DNA of 64,000 nt from a virus. The stretch's first letter is position 1. Every line of letters begins with the position of its first letter. The stretch is taken from positions 1-64,000 of the IMG/VR virus record IMGVR_UViG_3300018080_008188. One strand, given 5' to 3'. The notes under the pieces are model-generated. The model searched no databases, was not told the DNA's origin, and worked only from the letters and a program-made list of their open reading frames with translations. Positions 37,924 to 47,505 of the stretch are shown here, in pieces. Made by a program: the position numbers and the translations under genes.

Positions 37924-39528
37924 ATGGGTAAGATATTTTCATCATCAGCAGATAAAAATGGTAAAAAAAAGATGGTCAGAAAAAGACAGAAAACAAGCAA
38001 TGAAAATCTCATAAAAGACATAAAGTCGGTTTCAAAAAAGATTGGGCGAATCCCGCGCCAAAAGGATTACAAAGAGCATGGTTCATTTGCGCTGAATACA
38101 TTGCTAAACCGGAAACCTTGGAATTTGTGGCTTACAGAAATATTTGGAACAACAAACAAAAGAAAAGAAAAACAAGGAAATCCTGTTACTGATTTGGAAT
38201 TTCTTTCAGACATCAAAAAAGTATACGATATGCTGGGGAAAATTCCTACACAGAGGGATTACAGCAGACATGGATCATATGCTCTTACATCTTTGCTGCG
38301 GCGAAAAAGATGGAACCAATGGCTTGAGGCGTCTCTTGGAAAAGGCATGGTCAACTACAATCGGTCTTCATTGGCACAAGGAAAACGAATTCCAGATCAT
38401 AAACTGATGAACGATGTTAGGGCAATTACAAAAAAACTTGGGCATCCTCCGTCAAGAGGTGAATACAAACATTCTGGCATATATTCTTCAGATACAATTG
38501 TTTCCAGAATGCCATGGGATGATTTTGTGTTTAAAGCTGTTGGAAAACGACCATCTCCTGTTATGACCTCCAGAGCAAAAGTCAGTGAAGAAGACTTGCT
38601 GGACAATCTGTCTGACATTTACAGAAAACTTGGTAGAACACCTGTGCGTGACGATTGTGACAAGGGCAAATATAGCTATGTAGTATATCGGCGATGTTTT
38701 GGAACTTTCGGAAACGCCCTTGTGGCCGCTGGTATGATAAATCCACTCAACAGATACTGTATACCGAGGAACGAATTGATTGGCGAAATACAGCGCGTTT
38801 ATGGTATTTTGAAGCATACGCCGTCAATAGAAGAGTTTTTAGACCACAGTCCAATAATGAGCATAGGTCCGATATATTTCGAATTTGGGTCTTGGACAAG
38901 AGCGCTTCTTGCATCTTCCATTCCTGTCGAAAAGGCAAGAAATGTTACAAAAAAACATGTTTCGGAGGCGCTTGATGAATGGTTTGAACAGAACAACCGC
39001 GATATCTCCTGTATGGAATACTGGCAAATCCGCAAGGCAAGGGCACGACGTGAATTTCCATATTCTCCTTCAACAGTTAAGGAAAAATTGGGCAAAAAAA
39101 CTTGGGCCGAATGTATACGCTCGTGCGGTTTCGATTATGAATCCAGGGATATATTTCAATTTCGCCAATCAGTTATTGGAAAAGATGGAAGAAAATACAA
39201 GTCCAGAATTGAAGCTGATGTGGCATATGAACTTTTATCACTATGGCGCAAAAACCAAATAGTTTCATATGAATATGAAGCACGAGTGCTTCCGGAAAGA
39301 CAGTGGACATGTGATTTCCTGATCAAGACAAACAATGGGAACATATGGTTGGAAGTGGATGGCTTGCGTTGTAATAGAAAACATCCGTATGACTCCGGCA
39401 ACAACGAAAAAATAGAATATTACAAAAAAAGCGGAAAACAATGGGGAGTCATATCATACGATTCTAAGGACATTGCGTTTGCAACAAGAAAAATCGTGCT
39501 AGGAACAGCGGACCGTGAAACGCATTGA
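37924..39528 (+). CDS. homing-endonuclease-associated repeat protein with a C-terminal PD-(D/E)xK nuclease (AT-rich copy)
   Basis: About 5 repeats of L..DI..V...LG..P....Y..HG.Y......FG.W; C-terminal WTCDFLI...WLEVDG. Confidence 0.78.
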   Translation: MGKIFSSSADKNGKKKMVRKRQKTSNENLIKDIKSVSKKIGRIPRQKDYKEHGSFALNTLLNRKPWNLWLTEIFGTTNKRKEKQGNPVTDLEFLSDIKKVYDMLGKIPTQRDYSRHGSYALTSLLRRKRWNQWLEASLGKGMVNYNRSSLAQGKRIPDHKLMNDVRAITKKLGHPPSRGEYKHSGIYSSDTIVSRMPWDDFVFKAVGKRPSPVMTSRAKVSEEDLLDNLSDIYRKLGRTPVRDDCDKGKYSYVVYRRCFGTFGNALVAAGMINPLNRYCIPRNELIGEIQRVYGILKHTPSIEEFLDHSPIMSIGPIYFEFGSWTRALLASSIPVEKARNVTKKHVSEALDEWFEQNNRDISCMEYWQIRKARARREFPYSPSTVKEKLGKKTWAECIRSCGFDYESRDIFQFRQSVIGKDGRKYKSRIEADVAYELLSLWRKNQIVSYEYEARVLPERQWTCDFLIKTNNGNIWLEVDGLRCNRKHPYDSGNNEKIEYYKKSGKQWGVISYDSKDIAFATRKIVLGTADRETH

Positions 39529-40750
39529 TGATATGGAAATTATATCGGATATATTGCGTGTATCTGAAATCATGAACCGAGTTCCGTCGGCATCGGAATA
39601 CCGCCGGTTGGGGAAGTTCTCCATTCCCTCCCTGTACTCCCGCAAGCCTTGGGGCGCATGGCTGACCGACATTTTTCCGGACCATGAGCCAAGAAGGTTT
39701 CCGGGGCAGGAATGCCGCTCCGCATCCAAGGAAGAACTCCTTTCCGAGCTTTCCCGCATAGCCGCAAAGCTGGGCAAGCCGCCGTCTACAGCCGAGGTCG
39801 AGCGCGAGTCTTCCATTCCCGCATGCCGCTACACGCAGGAGTTTGGAACTTTGGAAAGCGCCCTGCGGCGGCTTGGCATGTCGCGCAGCCTGCTTTCCAA
39901 AGAAGACATAGTGAGCAGCATAAAAGGCGTCGCCTCGGATATCGGGCGCGTTCCCATGCAGGCCGAATTCCTTTCAAGGAGCAGATCCGTAGGTTCTTCG
40001 GCGTCCATATCCAGGCTTTTCGGCTCGTGGAACAGCGCCCTTGCGGAAGCTGACCTTGAACCCATCAAGTTTCGCAAAGCAGACCCTTCGGATGTTGCTA
40101 GGTCCGTAAGGGCGTGGCTTGAGGACAATGGAGGGGACACGGCATGCCTGAGATATTGGTCCATAGTGAAGGCGCGCAAGCGGGGAAAATTCAGATACGC
40201 CGCCAACACGATAAAGTCGTGTTTTCCCGGAAAATCGTGGGAAGAGGCTATTTCAGCGTGCGGCGTCGAATACAAGACGCAGAACCAGTTCTTCTGCCGC
40301 GGCAGCTTTCGCGGAGCCGATGGCGCCGCATACCTTTCATCCATGGAAAAGGACGCCGCAGACGAACTGCTTGCAATGCGCGAGCTTGGCGAGATAGATT
40401 CGTACGAGTACGAGGTGCGCGTGTGCGACGACAGAAAGTGGACATGCGACTTTGTTGTGCGAAGGGGAGGCGGCGAACTGTGGATGGAAGTTGACGGCAT
40501 GGGAAAGTCAAGATATGTTCCGTACGACATGGGCAACGAAAAGATAGGGCATTATGAAAAATCCGGCATGAACTACGCTGTCGTGTCCGGACCCGACATG
40601 TCGCGCGCCGTCCGGCGCGCCGTTGGAGAGCTTCTTTTGAAAGGCGGAAAGCATGGCAAGAAAAATGATCGACCGAAAATCAGCGCTTGCGTCTCTTGTG
40701 GACCTGTCGGACAGGCTGGGGAGAAGCAGCATCGGGAAAAGGGACGCTGA
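39515..40750 (+). CDS. paralog of the preceding repeat-nuclease (GC-adapted copy)
   Basis: Same repeats; YEYEVRVCDDRKWTCDFVV...WMEVDG; GTG start. Confidence 0.78.
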   Translation: MKRIDDMEIISDILRVSEIMNRVPSASEYRRLGKFSIPSLYSRKPWGAWLTDIFPDHEPRRFPGQECRSASKEELLSELSRIAAKLGKPPSTAEVERESSIPACRYTQEFGTLESALRRLGMSRSLLSKEDIVSSIKGVASDIGRVPMQAEFLSRSRSVGSSASISRLFGSWNSALAEADLEPIKFRKADPSDVARSVRAWLEDNGGDTACLRYWSIVKARKRGKFRYAANTIKSCFPGKSWEEAISACGVEYKTQNQFFCRGSFRGADGAAYLSSMEKDAADELLAMRELGEIDSYEYEVRVCDDRKWTCDFVVRRGGGELWMEVDGMGKSRYVPYDMGNEKIGHYEKSGMNYAVVSGPDMSRAVRRAVGELLLKGGKHGKKNDRPKISACVSCGPVGQAGEKQHREKGR

Positions 40751-42737
40751 CGCTGATGAAGCGTGCCCCAGCTCCATGACTTTCATAAGGATGTTCGGAT
40801 CTTGGAAAGAAGCCCTGAAGGCTGCAGGTCTTGAGGAAGGCAAAAAGACCGGACGGCCGCCGCGCGAAAAGCCGAACCTTATGCCGAGGAAAAAGCCGTG
40901 GCCGGACGACGATCCGCTCAGGTTTCCTGAAACGGACGCGATTTCGAACGATCCGAAGTCCATAATGATAGACGAGCACCTGGTGTGGAAAGGCAACAGG
41001 CTGGATCCCGCATTCCTGCGGTCCGTGAACGAGGATGCCAGGGACGAGATTGCCAAAGACGTGTTCAACTTCGTTCTGAAGTGCGACATTATGTCGTGCG
41101 GATACGACGAGGGCAAAGTGCGGCGCGACTTTGAGAATCTCAAAAACTCGCGCAAGGCGATTTTGGAATCCGGCGGAACCCTTTCCGTTTCGAGCGCCGG
41201 AGCTTCCGGTCACAGGGTGTACAGGCATTTTTTTCCAAACATACTGAAGATCAGCAGCGGAAGCAGGCCTTCGGTGTTCGAAGTCCTGTCCGACAGGAAG
41301 AAATTGTGGTCGGTGATCAGGAACAGGATCGGCAACACTTTGCTGTATTCCGACAGCGGCGGTCCTCCCCTGCAGTACCCCATGCCGATCACGATGTCCC
41401 AGCTTGCCATAGGTGCCAAGAATTCTGGTTTAGCTTCCATGGGCAGCATATTCAAGCCGGATGTTGCCAGGGCGGTTTACAGGCGGTGGGTGAAGGATGG
41501 AGACAGGGTTCTTGACTATTCGTGCGGATTCGGCACAAGGCTTCTCGGGCTGATGGCCAGCGGCGTCAGGGCGTCCTATCTCGGATACGAGCCCAACACC
41601 GAAACGCACGCCGGAATCGTCCGCATGGCGTCTTTCTTTGGATTCGGCGACCTGGACGTCAGGTGTAGCGGGTCTGAGGACGGCGAGGAGTTCTCCGACG
41701 TGTCGTTCGCATTCTCCAGCCCCCCGTACTTTTCGCACGAGAGATATTGCGACGAACCGACCCAGTGCTACATACGCTATCCAGAATATGCGGAATGGCT
41801 TGAAATGTACTGGAGGCGGACTGTGTCAAGGGTGCGCAGAATGCTGTCCCCGGACGGCGTTTTTGGAGTGAACATCGGGAACAAAGCCAATGCGGCGATG
41901 CGTTCCATGGAAGAGGACGTCAGGCGCGTGGTGGAAAGCGAAGGTTTCGAGCCCGTCGAAACGGTGTGGATGTCGACTTCCAGGTCGCATTTGACGGGAA
42001 AAAAGGGCACCGGCAGGAACACCAAGGCCGAAGGCATGTTTTTCTACCGCAAGGCGCCAATGGTGCGCAAAACAGTCGGAAGCTCCGAAAAGAAACCGTC
42101 AGGAGCCAAAATCGTATGCGGCGACATGACAAAAGAGGTCCCTAAGCTCGAGAGTCCGTCCGACCTGGCCATAATGAGCCCCCCGGATGTTTCCGAAATG
42201 GGGGACGATTTCGGCGAATATGAAAGGTTCCTGACCAAAGCGTACGCCGCCGCGGCGGACAATGTCCGCCCGGGCGGCGTGGTTGCTTCGTCGACGACGG
42301 ACCGAAGGTCGTCGGGCAGGGTGTATCCGAAGCATTCAAGGATAGCGGATATCATGTTTTCCTTGGGTTTTGTGCTGGAGGACCACAAGATATGGGCGAA
42401 AACCCTGAAAGCCAATCTTTACATACCCACCTTCGCGCATGTCATGGTGTTCAGGAAGCCTGGCACACCGCGCGTGAAGAACAAGGTGTCCGAATTTCTT
42501 CCGGACGTATGGCACATTCCTGTCGACAAGGCGCCGGGAAGCCCAAAGCACGATTCCTTTCCGACCGAGCTTGTCAGAAGGCTGGTGGACAGGTATTCCA
42601 ACCCGGGCGACATGGTTCTTGATCCGTTCTCCGGGTCGGGAAAAACCGCCTCCGTATGTATGGGCTTGGGAAGAAAATGCATCTGCATTGACATCAGCCC
42701 CTCTTCTGTATCCGCTTCCAAATCCCTCATTCCGTAG
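40653..42737 (+). CDS. DNA methyltransferase with two MTase domains and an N-terminal endonuclease-associated repeat
   Basis: Domain 1: LDYSCGFGTR then FSSPPYF. Domain 2 (beta order): MSPPDV...FPTELV...VLDPFSGSGKT. Confidence 0.85.
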   Translation: MARKMIDRKSALASLVDLSDRLGRSSIGKRDADADEACPSSMTFIRMFGSWKEALKAAGLEEGKKTGRPPREKPNLMPRKKPWPDDDPLRFPETDAISNDPKSIMIDEHLVWKGNRLDPAFLRSVNEDARDEIAKDVFNFVLKCDIMSCGYDEGKVRRDFENLKNSRKAILESGGTLSVSSAGASGHRVYRHFFPNILKISSGSRPSVFEVLSDRKKLWSVIRNRIGNTLLYSDSGGPPLQYPMPITMSQLAIGAKNSGLASMGSIFKPDVARAVYRRWVKDGDRVLDYSCGFGTRLLGLMASGVRASYLGYEPNTETHAGIVRMASFFGFGDLDVRCSGSEDGEEFSDVSFAFSSPPYFSHERYCDEPTQCYIRYPEYAEWLEMYWRRTVSRVRRMLSPDGVFGVNIGNKANAAMRSMEEDVRRVVESEGFEPVETVWMSTSRSHLTGKKGTGRNTKAEGMFFYRKAPMVRKTVGSSEKKPSGAKIVCGDMTKEVPKLESPSDLAIMSPPDVSEMGDDFGEYERFLTKAYAAAADNVRPGGVVASSTTDRRSSGRVYPKHSRIADIMFSLGFVLEDHKIWAKTLKANLYIPTFAHVMVFRKPGTPRVKNKVSEFLPDVWHIPVDKAPGSPKHDSFPTELVRRLVDRYSNPGDMVLDPFSGSGKTASVCMGLGRKCICIDISPSSVSASKSLIP

Positions 42738-42788
42738 TTCCGCCTTTTCGCACTTTTTACACCCCCTTCGCGCCAATATAGAAAAAAT

Positions 42789-42807
42789 CTATCAATAATA
42801 GCGTATT
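42789..42807 (+). promoter_or_regulatory. putative late promoter motif (copy 4)
   Basis: ctatcaataatagcgtatt. Confidence 0.7.
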
Positions 42808-42844
42808 ATGTTGTCGGGCGCATTTTGCGCCGAGGTGGCATTTT

Positions 42845-43147
42845 ATGAGCAGATTCAACTATTTTGAAAACATCAGCGTTGACGGGTACTCGTTTCCGAC
42901 TGTGCCGCAAGCCCAGTTCAACTTCATCGCGCAGGGAATATCTTTCCTGAACCGCGGTTCGAAAATCCTCCAGTATTCGTTCGACGGCACAAATGTCCAT
43001 GGCGACCTGGACCCGTCGGATGCCTCTGCTGGCCTCACATTCGACAGCCGGAACGAGCACCGGGTGTGGTTCAAGGGGGACGACGGGTACGGCACTGTGC
43101 GTGTTGAGGCATGGGGCGGCTGGGGCAAGAAGCTGACCAACCGATGA
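42845..43147 (+). CDS. small beta-rich putative virion protein
   Basis: GAGGTG RBS; two DGY motifs. Confidence 0.7.
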   Translation: MSRFNYFENISVDGYSFPTVPQAQFNFIAQGISFLNRGSKILQYSFDGTNVHGDLDPSDASAGLTFDSRNEHRVWFKGDDGYGTVRVEAWGGWGKKLTNR

Positions 43148-43479
43148 GCTTCATACGCAGAGCCGATGGCGTGACGGTCTATGGAGGACCGCATGTCGGA
43201 AGCAGAGGACCACTAGGCTCCATAAAATTCGGCGGAGCGCCGAACATGCTTTCCGAGGAGGATCGCGAGTGGGAACGCTTGGTCGTCGAAGCCATGGTTC
43301 CAATCGGAGAGTCGTTCGGAGGGCGCTGGCGCGAGGACGCCGGGCTGTACGACGACGGTTTTGAATGGGACCACGATCCACAGCTTGCAATGGTTTCGAA
43401 CTTATGGGGCGCCTACAGGCGCCCGGAGAACGACTTTTTCGAGCCCGAAGGGGGCTCCTTGTTCAGGAGAGCAGGGTAG
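43144..43479 (+). CDS. hypothetical protein
   Basis: ATGA overlap with the upstream gene. Confidence 0.6.
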   Translation: MSFIRRADGVTVYGGPHVGSRGPLGSIKFGGAPNMLSEEDREWERLVVEAMVPIGESFGGRWREDAGLYDDGFEWDHDPQLAMVSNLWGAYRRPENDFFEPEGGSLFRRAG

Positions 43480-43482
43480 GCA

Positions 43483-43887
43483 ATGAGAGTCACGAACACC
43501 GGAAACAAGATCCGTAAGCCGCTCACGGAAAAGAACATCGTTGAAGCAATGATCACCAAGGACAAGGCGAAGGCGATCTATGACGCCGTGAGTGGCAGCA
43601 AAAAATTCCAGAAGGATGTAGATCAGATGAAAGGCGCGTTGGGACACATATTCGGCAGCGGCGGAACGCCGCATTCCGGAAAACCCAGACCAAGACCGAA
43701 TCCCGACCCGAAGGTGGACAAGGCGCTGGACGGATGGAATCCGCACAAGCCCATAACCGACGATGCGAGGAAGGCGCTGGACGGCATGTTCGGCGGCAAG
43801 CACAAAAGGCAAGATCCGACATTCAGGGGCGCATTCAAGCCTTCCAGGCGCGCCTCCGACACCCACCACCAGAAAGCGGCATCATGA
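43483..43887 (+). CDS. hypothetical basic protein
   Basis: Tightly packed ORF. Confidence 0.65.
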   Translation: MRVTNTGNKIRKPLTEKNIVEAMITKDKAKAIYDAVSGSKKFQKDVDQMKGALGHIFGSGGTPHSGKPRPRPNPDPKVDKALDGWNPHKPITDDARKALDGMFGGKHKRQDPTFRGAFKPSRRASDTHHQKAAS

Positions 43888-44162
43888 CAGAACCGGCAAA
43901 AATCAGCGAAGAAAAGATCAGGCGCAACCTGCGCGTCCGAGCTATGAAGCTCGGCGCCACCAAGGAGCTTGACAAGCTGTTTGCCAAGTGGGACGCGTTT
44001 CTTGCCATGGTCGACGGACAGGAGCGCCTGGACGCGGCCAAAGAGGCGATCTTGGAGGTTCAACACCTCCTCAACATCAATCCCGCCGACCAAGGTCTTA
44101 TAATAGGCGATGAGCTTGTCGTCAAACCGCTAAGCTGGAGCGGGAAGGAGAAAGGAAGATGA
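43884..44162 (+). CDS. hypothetical protein
   Basis: ATGA overlaps on both sides. Confidence 0.65.
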   Translation: MTEPAKISEEKIRRNLRVRAMKLGATKELDKLFAKWDAFLAMVDGQERLDAAKEAILEVQHLLNINPADQGLIIGDELVVKPLSWSGKEKGR

Positions 44163-44389
44163 AGGGAGACAAGAACGCAGTCATCCAGGTTGATGTATCC
44201 AACGGCTGGTACAGAATCGGAAACCGCCTGAATAGAGTCGAAGGAAAAATACCCGATGGTCACGAATGTAGAATCGAAGGATTCCGGGTCGTCAATGGCA
44301 AGATCACCAGAAAAGGAAAAATCTCTTTCAGGGAGACTGGAAGAAAGCCGTATTGTGCCGTGCTGGTTGGAAATTCTGTAAGCACATAA
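44159..44389 (+). CDS. hypothetical protein
   Basis: ATGA overlap; purine-rich RBS. Confidence 0.55.
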   Translation: MKGDKNAVIQVDVSNGWYRIGNRLNRVEGKIPDGHECRIEGFRVVNGKITRKGKISFRETGRKPYCAVLVGNSVST

Positions 44390-44541
44390 GACGAAGTGGA
44401 AGCGCAAGTGCGATATGGACATCGGAACTATGATGTTCATTCTCAGGAAAGGAGCTGGCTGAAAAAGCCGGCTTTCAACATGGCTCGTCGGTGTAAATAT
44501 AAAACGCGGACGACGACAAAGAAGAGAGGAAAAGAATCAAG

Positions 44542-45048
44542 ATGGAACAAGAAAGATTCACTGGAAAAGTAGTTTGGTCAAGCTAGGCCCCATGTAGAGG
44601 AAACTCTTCATGCGTACCGGGTGAATTGCTGGAACCCTCAGCGCATAGCGGCGGTGGAAATCAGCAGCCAAGCCTGCGAAAGCCCATAGAAGTAGCAGGA
44701 AGGTTCAGAGACCAGAGGAGAGAGTAGGGCAATCAATAACCTCCTCCACGAGCGCCCGGCATCCCATGCGGATGATGATATGGTCCGACACTCCGGAAAA
44801 ATCCGGAGATCCGGTTTAAACGGCCGGAACAACTGATTGTTAGCGAGAAGCGCGGATACGGCTTCATCGGTCGCGACGACGACGGCAGCGAGCTGTTCGT
44901 ACACTACACGAACATTATCGACGATCCCGGAGCGTTCAGAAAGCTGGTTTCCGGACAGATTGTCAGCTTTGCGCTTGGCGAAAACAACAAGGGCTTACAA
45001 GCCGTGGAGGTCGAGATCATTGGCGAGCCGGAGATCGAGGCGCAATAG
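44542..45048 (+). CDS. cspA: cold-shock domain protein, spliced: join(44542..44578,44840..45048), 81 aa
   Basis: Joined exons read [38 protein letters not shown]...GQIVSF...KGLQAVEV, with RNP1 (RGYGFI) and RNP2 (LFVHY). Confidence 0.92.
44579..44839 (+). ncRNA. group I self-splicing intron (261 nt, no ORF)
   Basis: 5' exon ends in U and pairs tttggt/gctagg (P1 with U-G); P aattgctggaa, Q aatcagcagcc, R gttcagagacca, S gatatggtcc; terminal G at 44839. Confidence 0.92.
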
Positions 45049-45514
45049 TAGCGGCATCACGGAGCAGTACTGGGTCAGGAACATACATCCGCAGAGGATG
45101 CATGTTATGGTTGGGGACCTAGGATACAAGGTTCCATGGGGTCAGTCGCGCAACCTTCTAAGCCCGACTTCGGGCTTGGACCCGGCGCGCGTGAAAAAAT
45201 CCGCCAAAGGCGGATCTCTTCGCAAGCGCCTGGACCAGCGCATCTTGGTGGAGGTTTCCGGACCGCCGGACTTGCGCCCTCCCAGGCTGTCAGTGGCGCC
45301 TCCAGACAGCCTGTCGTTTCCGTACCGTTCAAAGTCCGGAATATCGGTGGACGAGGGCGATGTTGCGGAGGAGCTGCAGTCGTCCATCATAGCTGACGAC
45401 GACAATCTGATCCGCGAAATGGAGATAGACATGGACGGCGACGGCGACGGGGACAACGACATGACGGAGGGCGGAATCCCCATCATGGCTTCGGAAGAAA
45501 AGGGGAAAGGGTAG
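45020..45514 (+). CDS. hypothetical protein with acidic C-terminus
   Basis: TTG at 45020 preceded by GGAGG. The longer track ORF from 44837 overlaps the csp exon. Confidence 0.6.
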   Translation: MASRRSRRNSSGITEQYWVRNIHPQRMHVMVGDLGYKVPWGQSRNLLSPTSGLDPARVKKSAKGGSLRKRLDQRILVEVSGPPDLRPPRLSVAPPDSLSFPYRSKSGISVDEGDVAEELQSSIIADDDNLIREMEIDMDGDGDGDNDMTEGGIPIMASEEKGKG

Positions 45515-45515
45515 C

Positions 45516-45842
45516 GTGCCACTCAGACCGAAAAAATCGTGCGAGGTTTGCGGGCTGAAAAAGCGAAGCATTCTGCACAGGCACCACATTATACCGCGGT
45601 GCGACCCGCGATGTACCAACTCCAACGGAAACATTGCCGTTTTGTGCCCCAACTGCCACGGGCTGGTTCATGCCGGGGAGATTGTAATCGTAGGCGTATA
45701 CACGTCCACCGCCGGAATCGTTCCCGTATGGTTCAGAAGCGGCGAAGAGCCGCCGTTTCCGAAAGAACTCTGGATAGTGAAGGACAATCCTCTGGTCAGG
45801 ACGATCGGCGGGGAAGAAGACGATCTGCCTGAAGAGGAATGA
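45516..45842 (+). CDS. small HNH endonuclease
   Basis: CEVC...HRHHIIPR...NIAVLCPNCHGLVH. Confidence 0.85.
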   Translation: MPLRPKKSCEVCGLKKRSILHRHHIIPRCDPRCTNSNGNIAVLCPNCHGLVHAGEIVIVGVYTSTAGIVPVWFRSGEEPPFPKELWIVKDNPLVRTIGGEEDDLPEEE

Positions 45843-45846
45843 CGCC

Positions 45847-46377
45847 ATGGTTTTCCGCACGCCGGACGAGTTTCCGGGACCGTCTATAGATTCCGAATAC
45901 CGCATTACGGGACCGGACTATGACATCGACGAAGACGATTACGGCGTCCTAACTTTCGGCGCCGACGGCTATTTTGTTCTGGAAGACCTTTTTGGTCCGT
46001 TCAATCCAAGGTCGGGCGAGAGCGTCGACTATGTAACTGAAGAAGAACACAGGACGCTCAGGCAGCTGATCCATTTCATCGAAACCAACAGCCCCGGTCC
46101 CGGGTTTGGAGATGGCCCGTACGCATCTGAGGTCCTGCCTGCTGCTGACCCGTTTCCCACCAGCGAAACCTGGTTTAAAACAGCTGGAGACAGAACGGCT
46201 GGAACGGGCAAAATTTGCCGATGGGAAGCCACCTACAATGCGAACAAGACTTTTGCCACTGAGAAATGGATAGTATATAAGGCTGATGGTCTTAACCCTG
46301 CTGCTGATGCAACGGACACCATCAGCTATTCGGGAACCTTCGAAACCGGACGCAGCAGGGCATACACGGTGTACTGA
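45847..46377 (+). CDS. putative virion protein
   Basis: Acidic, contains DGY, coupled to the next gene (TGATG). Confidence 0.65.
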   Translation: MVFRTPDEFPGPSIDSEYRITGPDYDIDEDDYGVLTFGADGYFVLEDLFGPFNPRSGESVDYVTEEEHRTLRQLIHFIETNSPGPGFGDGPYASEVLPAADPFPTSETWFKTAGDRTAGTGKICRWEATYNANKTFATEKWIVYKADGLNPAADATDTISYSGTFETGRSRAYTVY

Positions 46378-47504
46378 TGGCCAAATCTCCCATAGCGATC
46401 CTATATGATCATGTTAATTCGCGATTCCTGAAGTACATCCAGGACGGATATGAATCTTTGATGGGCGTCGCGTCCAAACTGCGGAATGCGGCTGGAACTA
46501 TTGTTAATCCGTCCACCGAGGATACGCTTGCCACACGCCTGTCACAAACCACCGGAGCTGCGATTCAGACGGTGCTTGAGGCAGTACGCGACACGGACGG
46601 AATCAAGAAAATCACTGATTCGCTGCCAGCCGGTGACAACAACATAGGGAATGTTGATGCAATACAGTCCGGCACATGGACTGTTCAGCAAGGCACACCG
46701 CCGTGGAAAATGGAGGGCAAGGATGCGGATGGCGCACCGCCGACGGAAAATCCCATTCTAGTGGCAGGACAGGACGGAACCAATGTTCAGTCTTTTAAAA
46801 CCAACGCTTCCGGACGTATTGAGAATGTGATCCATGATTCGTCCGGCAATGCCGTGGGCGTTGTTCTCGATGGTGCCGTTTACCGCCTGCAGGGCGATTC
46901 CAAAGTGGCCAAGGGCGATTTGGACTTGGTACATCTACAGGTTATCGATGTAGAATCCGGGCTGGGGCGGATGAAGACTACGATTTACACGCCGGACGGG
47001 GACCCAGTGGCGTTTGGAGCGGTTAGTTCATCAGTCAAAAACGATTTTGTAAAAACCGACGGTGGGTCCTCAAATCTGCTTGATACTTGGGCCGGGTCTC
47101 CTGTCACATACACATACGAAGCTGACGACGACTATGACATTTCTCTACAGGAAATCAGATTTACAATGGCGTCGAACAGCATAACCTTCGGGTCTGAATA
47201 CTTTGGAGCGGTTAGCGGACCGCTGACCAATGGACTGCTGATTGAAGCTGTGTCTAATGGAACGGCAGTAACAATATTCAACATTAAACAGAACGAAGAG
47301 TTTGTTCTGTTTGCTTCTCCTGGCGGCTGGGAATGGGTTGTGAGCAACAAAGACCTGATGACCAGCGCTTATCTGATAGGGGGCGGCTTGAAACTGTATG
47401 CCGGAACCGGCGACATGGTGAGGGTCACCGTGCGGGACGACATCGATTCTGCCGGCAATTATTTTCAATGTTTTGTGAAGGGCAACCTGCTGATGGAGGG
47501 TTAA
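46377..47504 (+). CDS. putative virion structural protein
   Basis: LPAGDNNIGNVD and beta-rich composition typical of phage fibre/decoration proteins. Confidence 0.65.
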   Translation: MAKSPIAILYDHVNSRFLKYIQDGYESLMGVASKLRNAAGTIVNPSTEDTLATRLSQTTGAAIQTVLEAVRDTDGIKKITDSLPAGDNNIGNVDAIQSGTWTVQQGTPPWKMEGKDADGAPPTENPILVAGQDGTNVQSFKTNASGRIENVIHDSSGNAVGVVLDGAVYRLQGDSKVAKGDLDLVHLQVIDVESGLGRMKTTIYTPDGDPVAFGAVSSSVKNDFVKTDGGSSNLLDTWAGSPVTYTYEADDDYDISLQEIRFTMASNSITFGSEYFGAVSGPLTNGLLIEAVSNGTAVTIFNIKQNEEFVLFASPGGWEWVVSNKDLMTSAYLIGGGLKLYAGTGDMVRVTVRDDIDSAGNYFQCFVKGNLLMEG

Positions 47505-47505
47505 A

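Noticed and set aside
44390-44540. Possible frameshift extension or ncRNA upstream of csp
   Set aside because: Only short open frames and a weak hairpin are present, with nothing diagnostic.
44837-45019. N-terminal part of track ORF 44837-45514
   Set aside because: This stretch is csp exon 2 in another frame. A TTG with GGAGG at 45020 is the better start.
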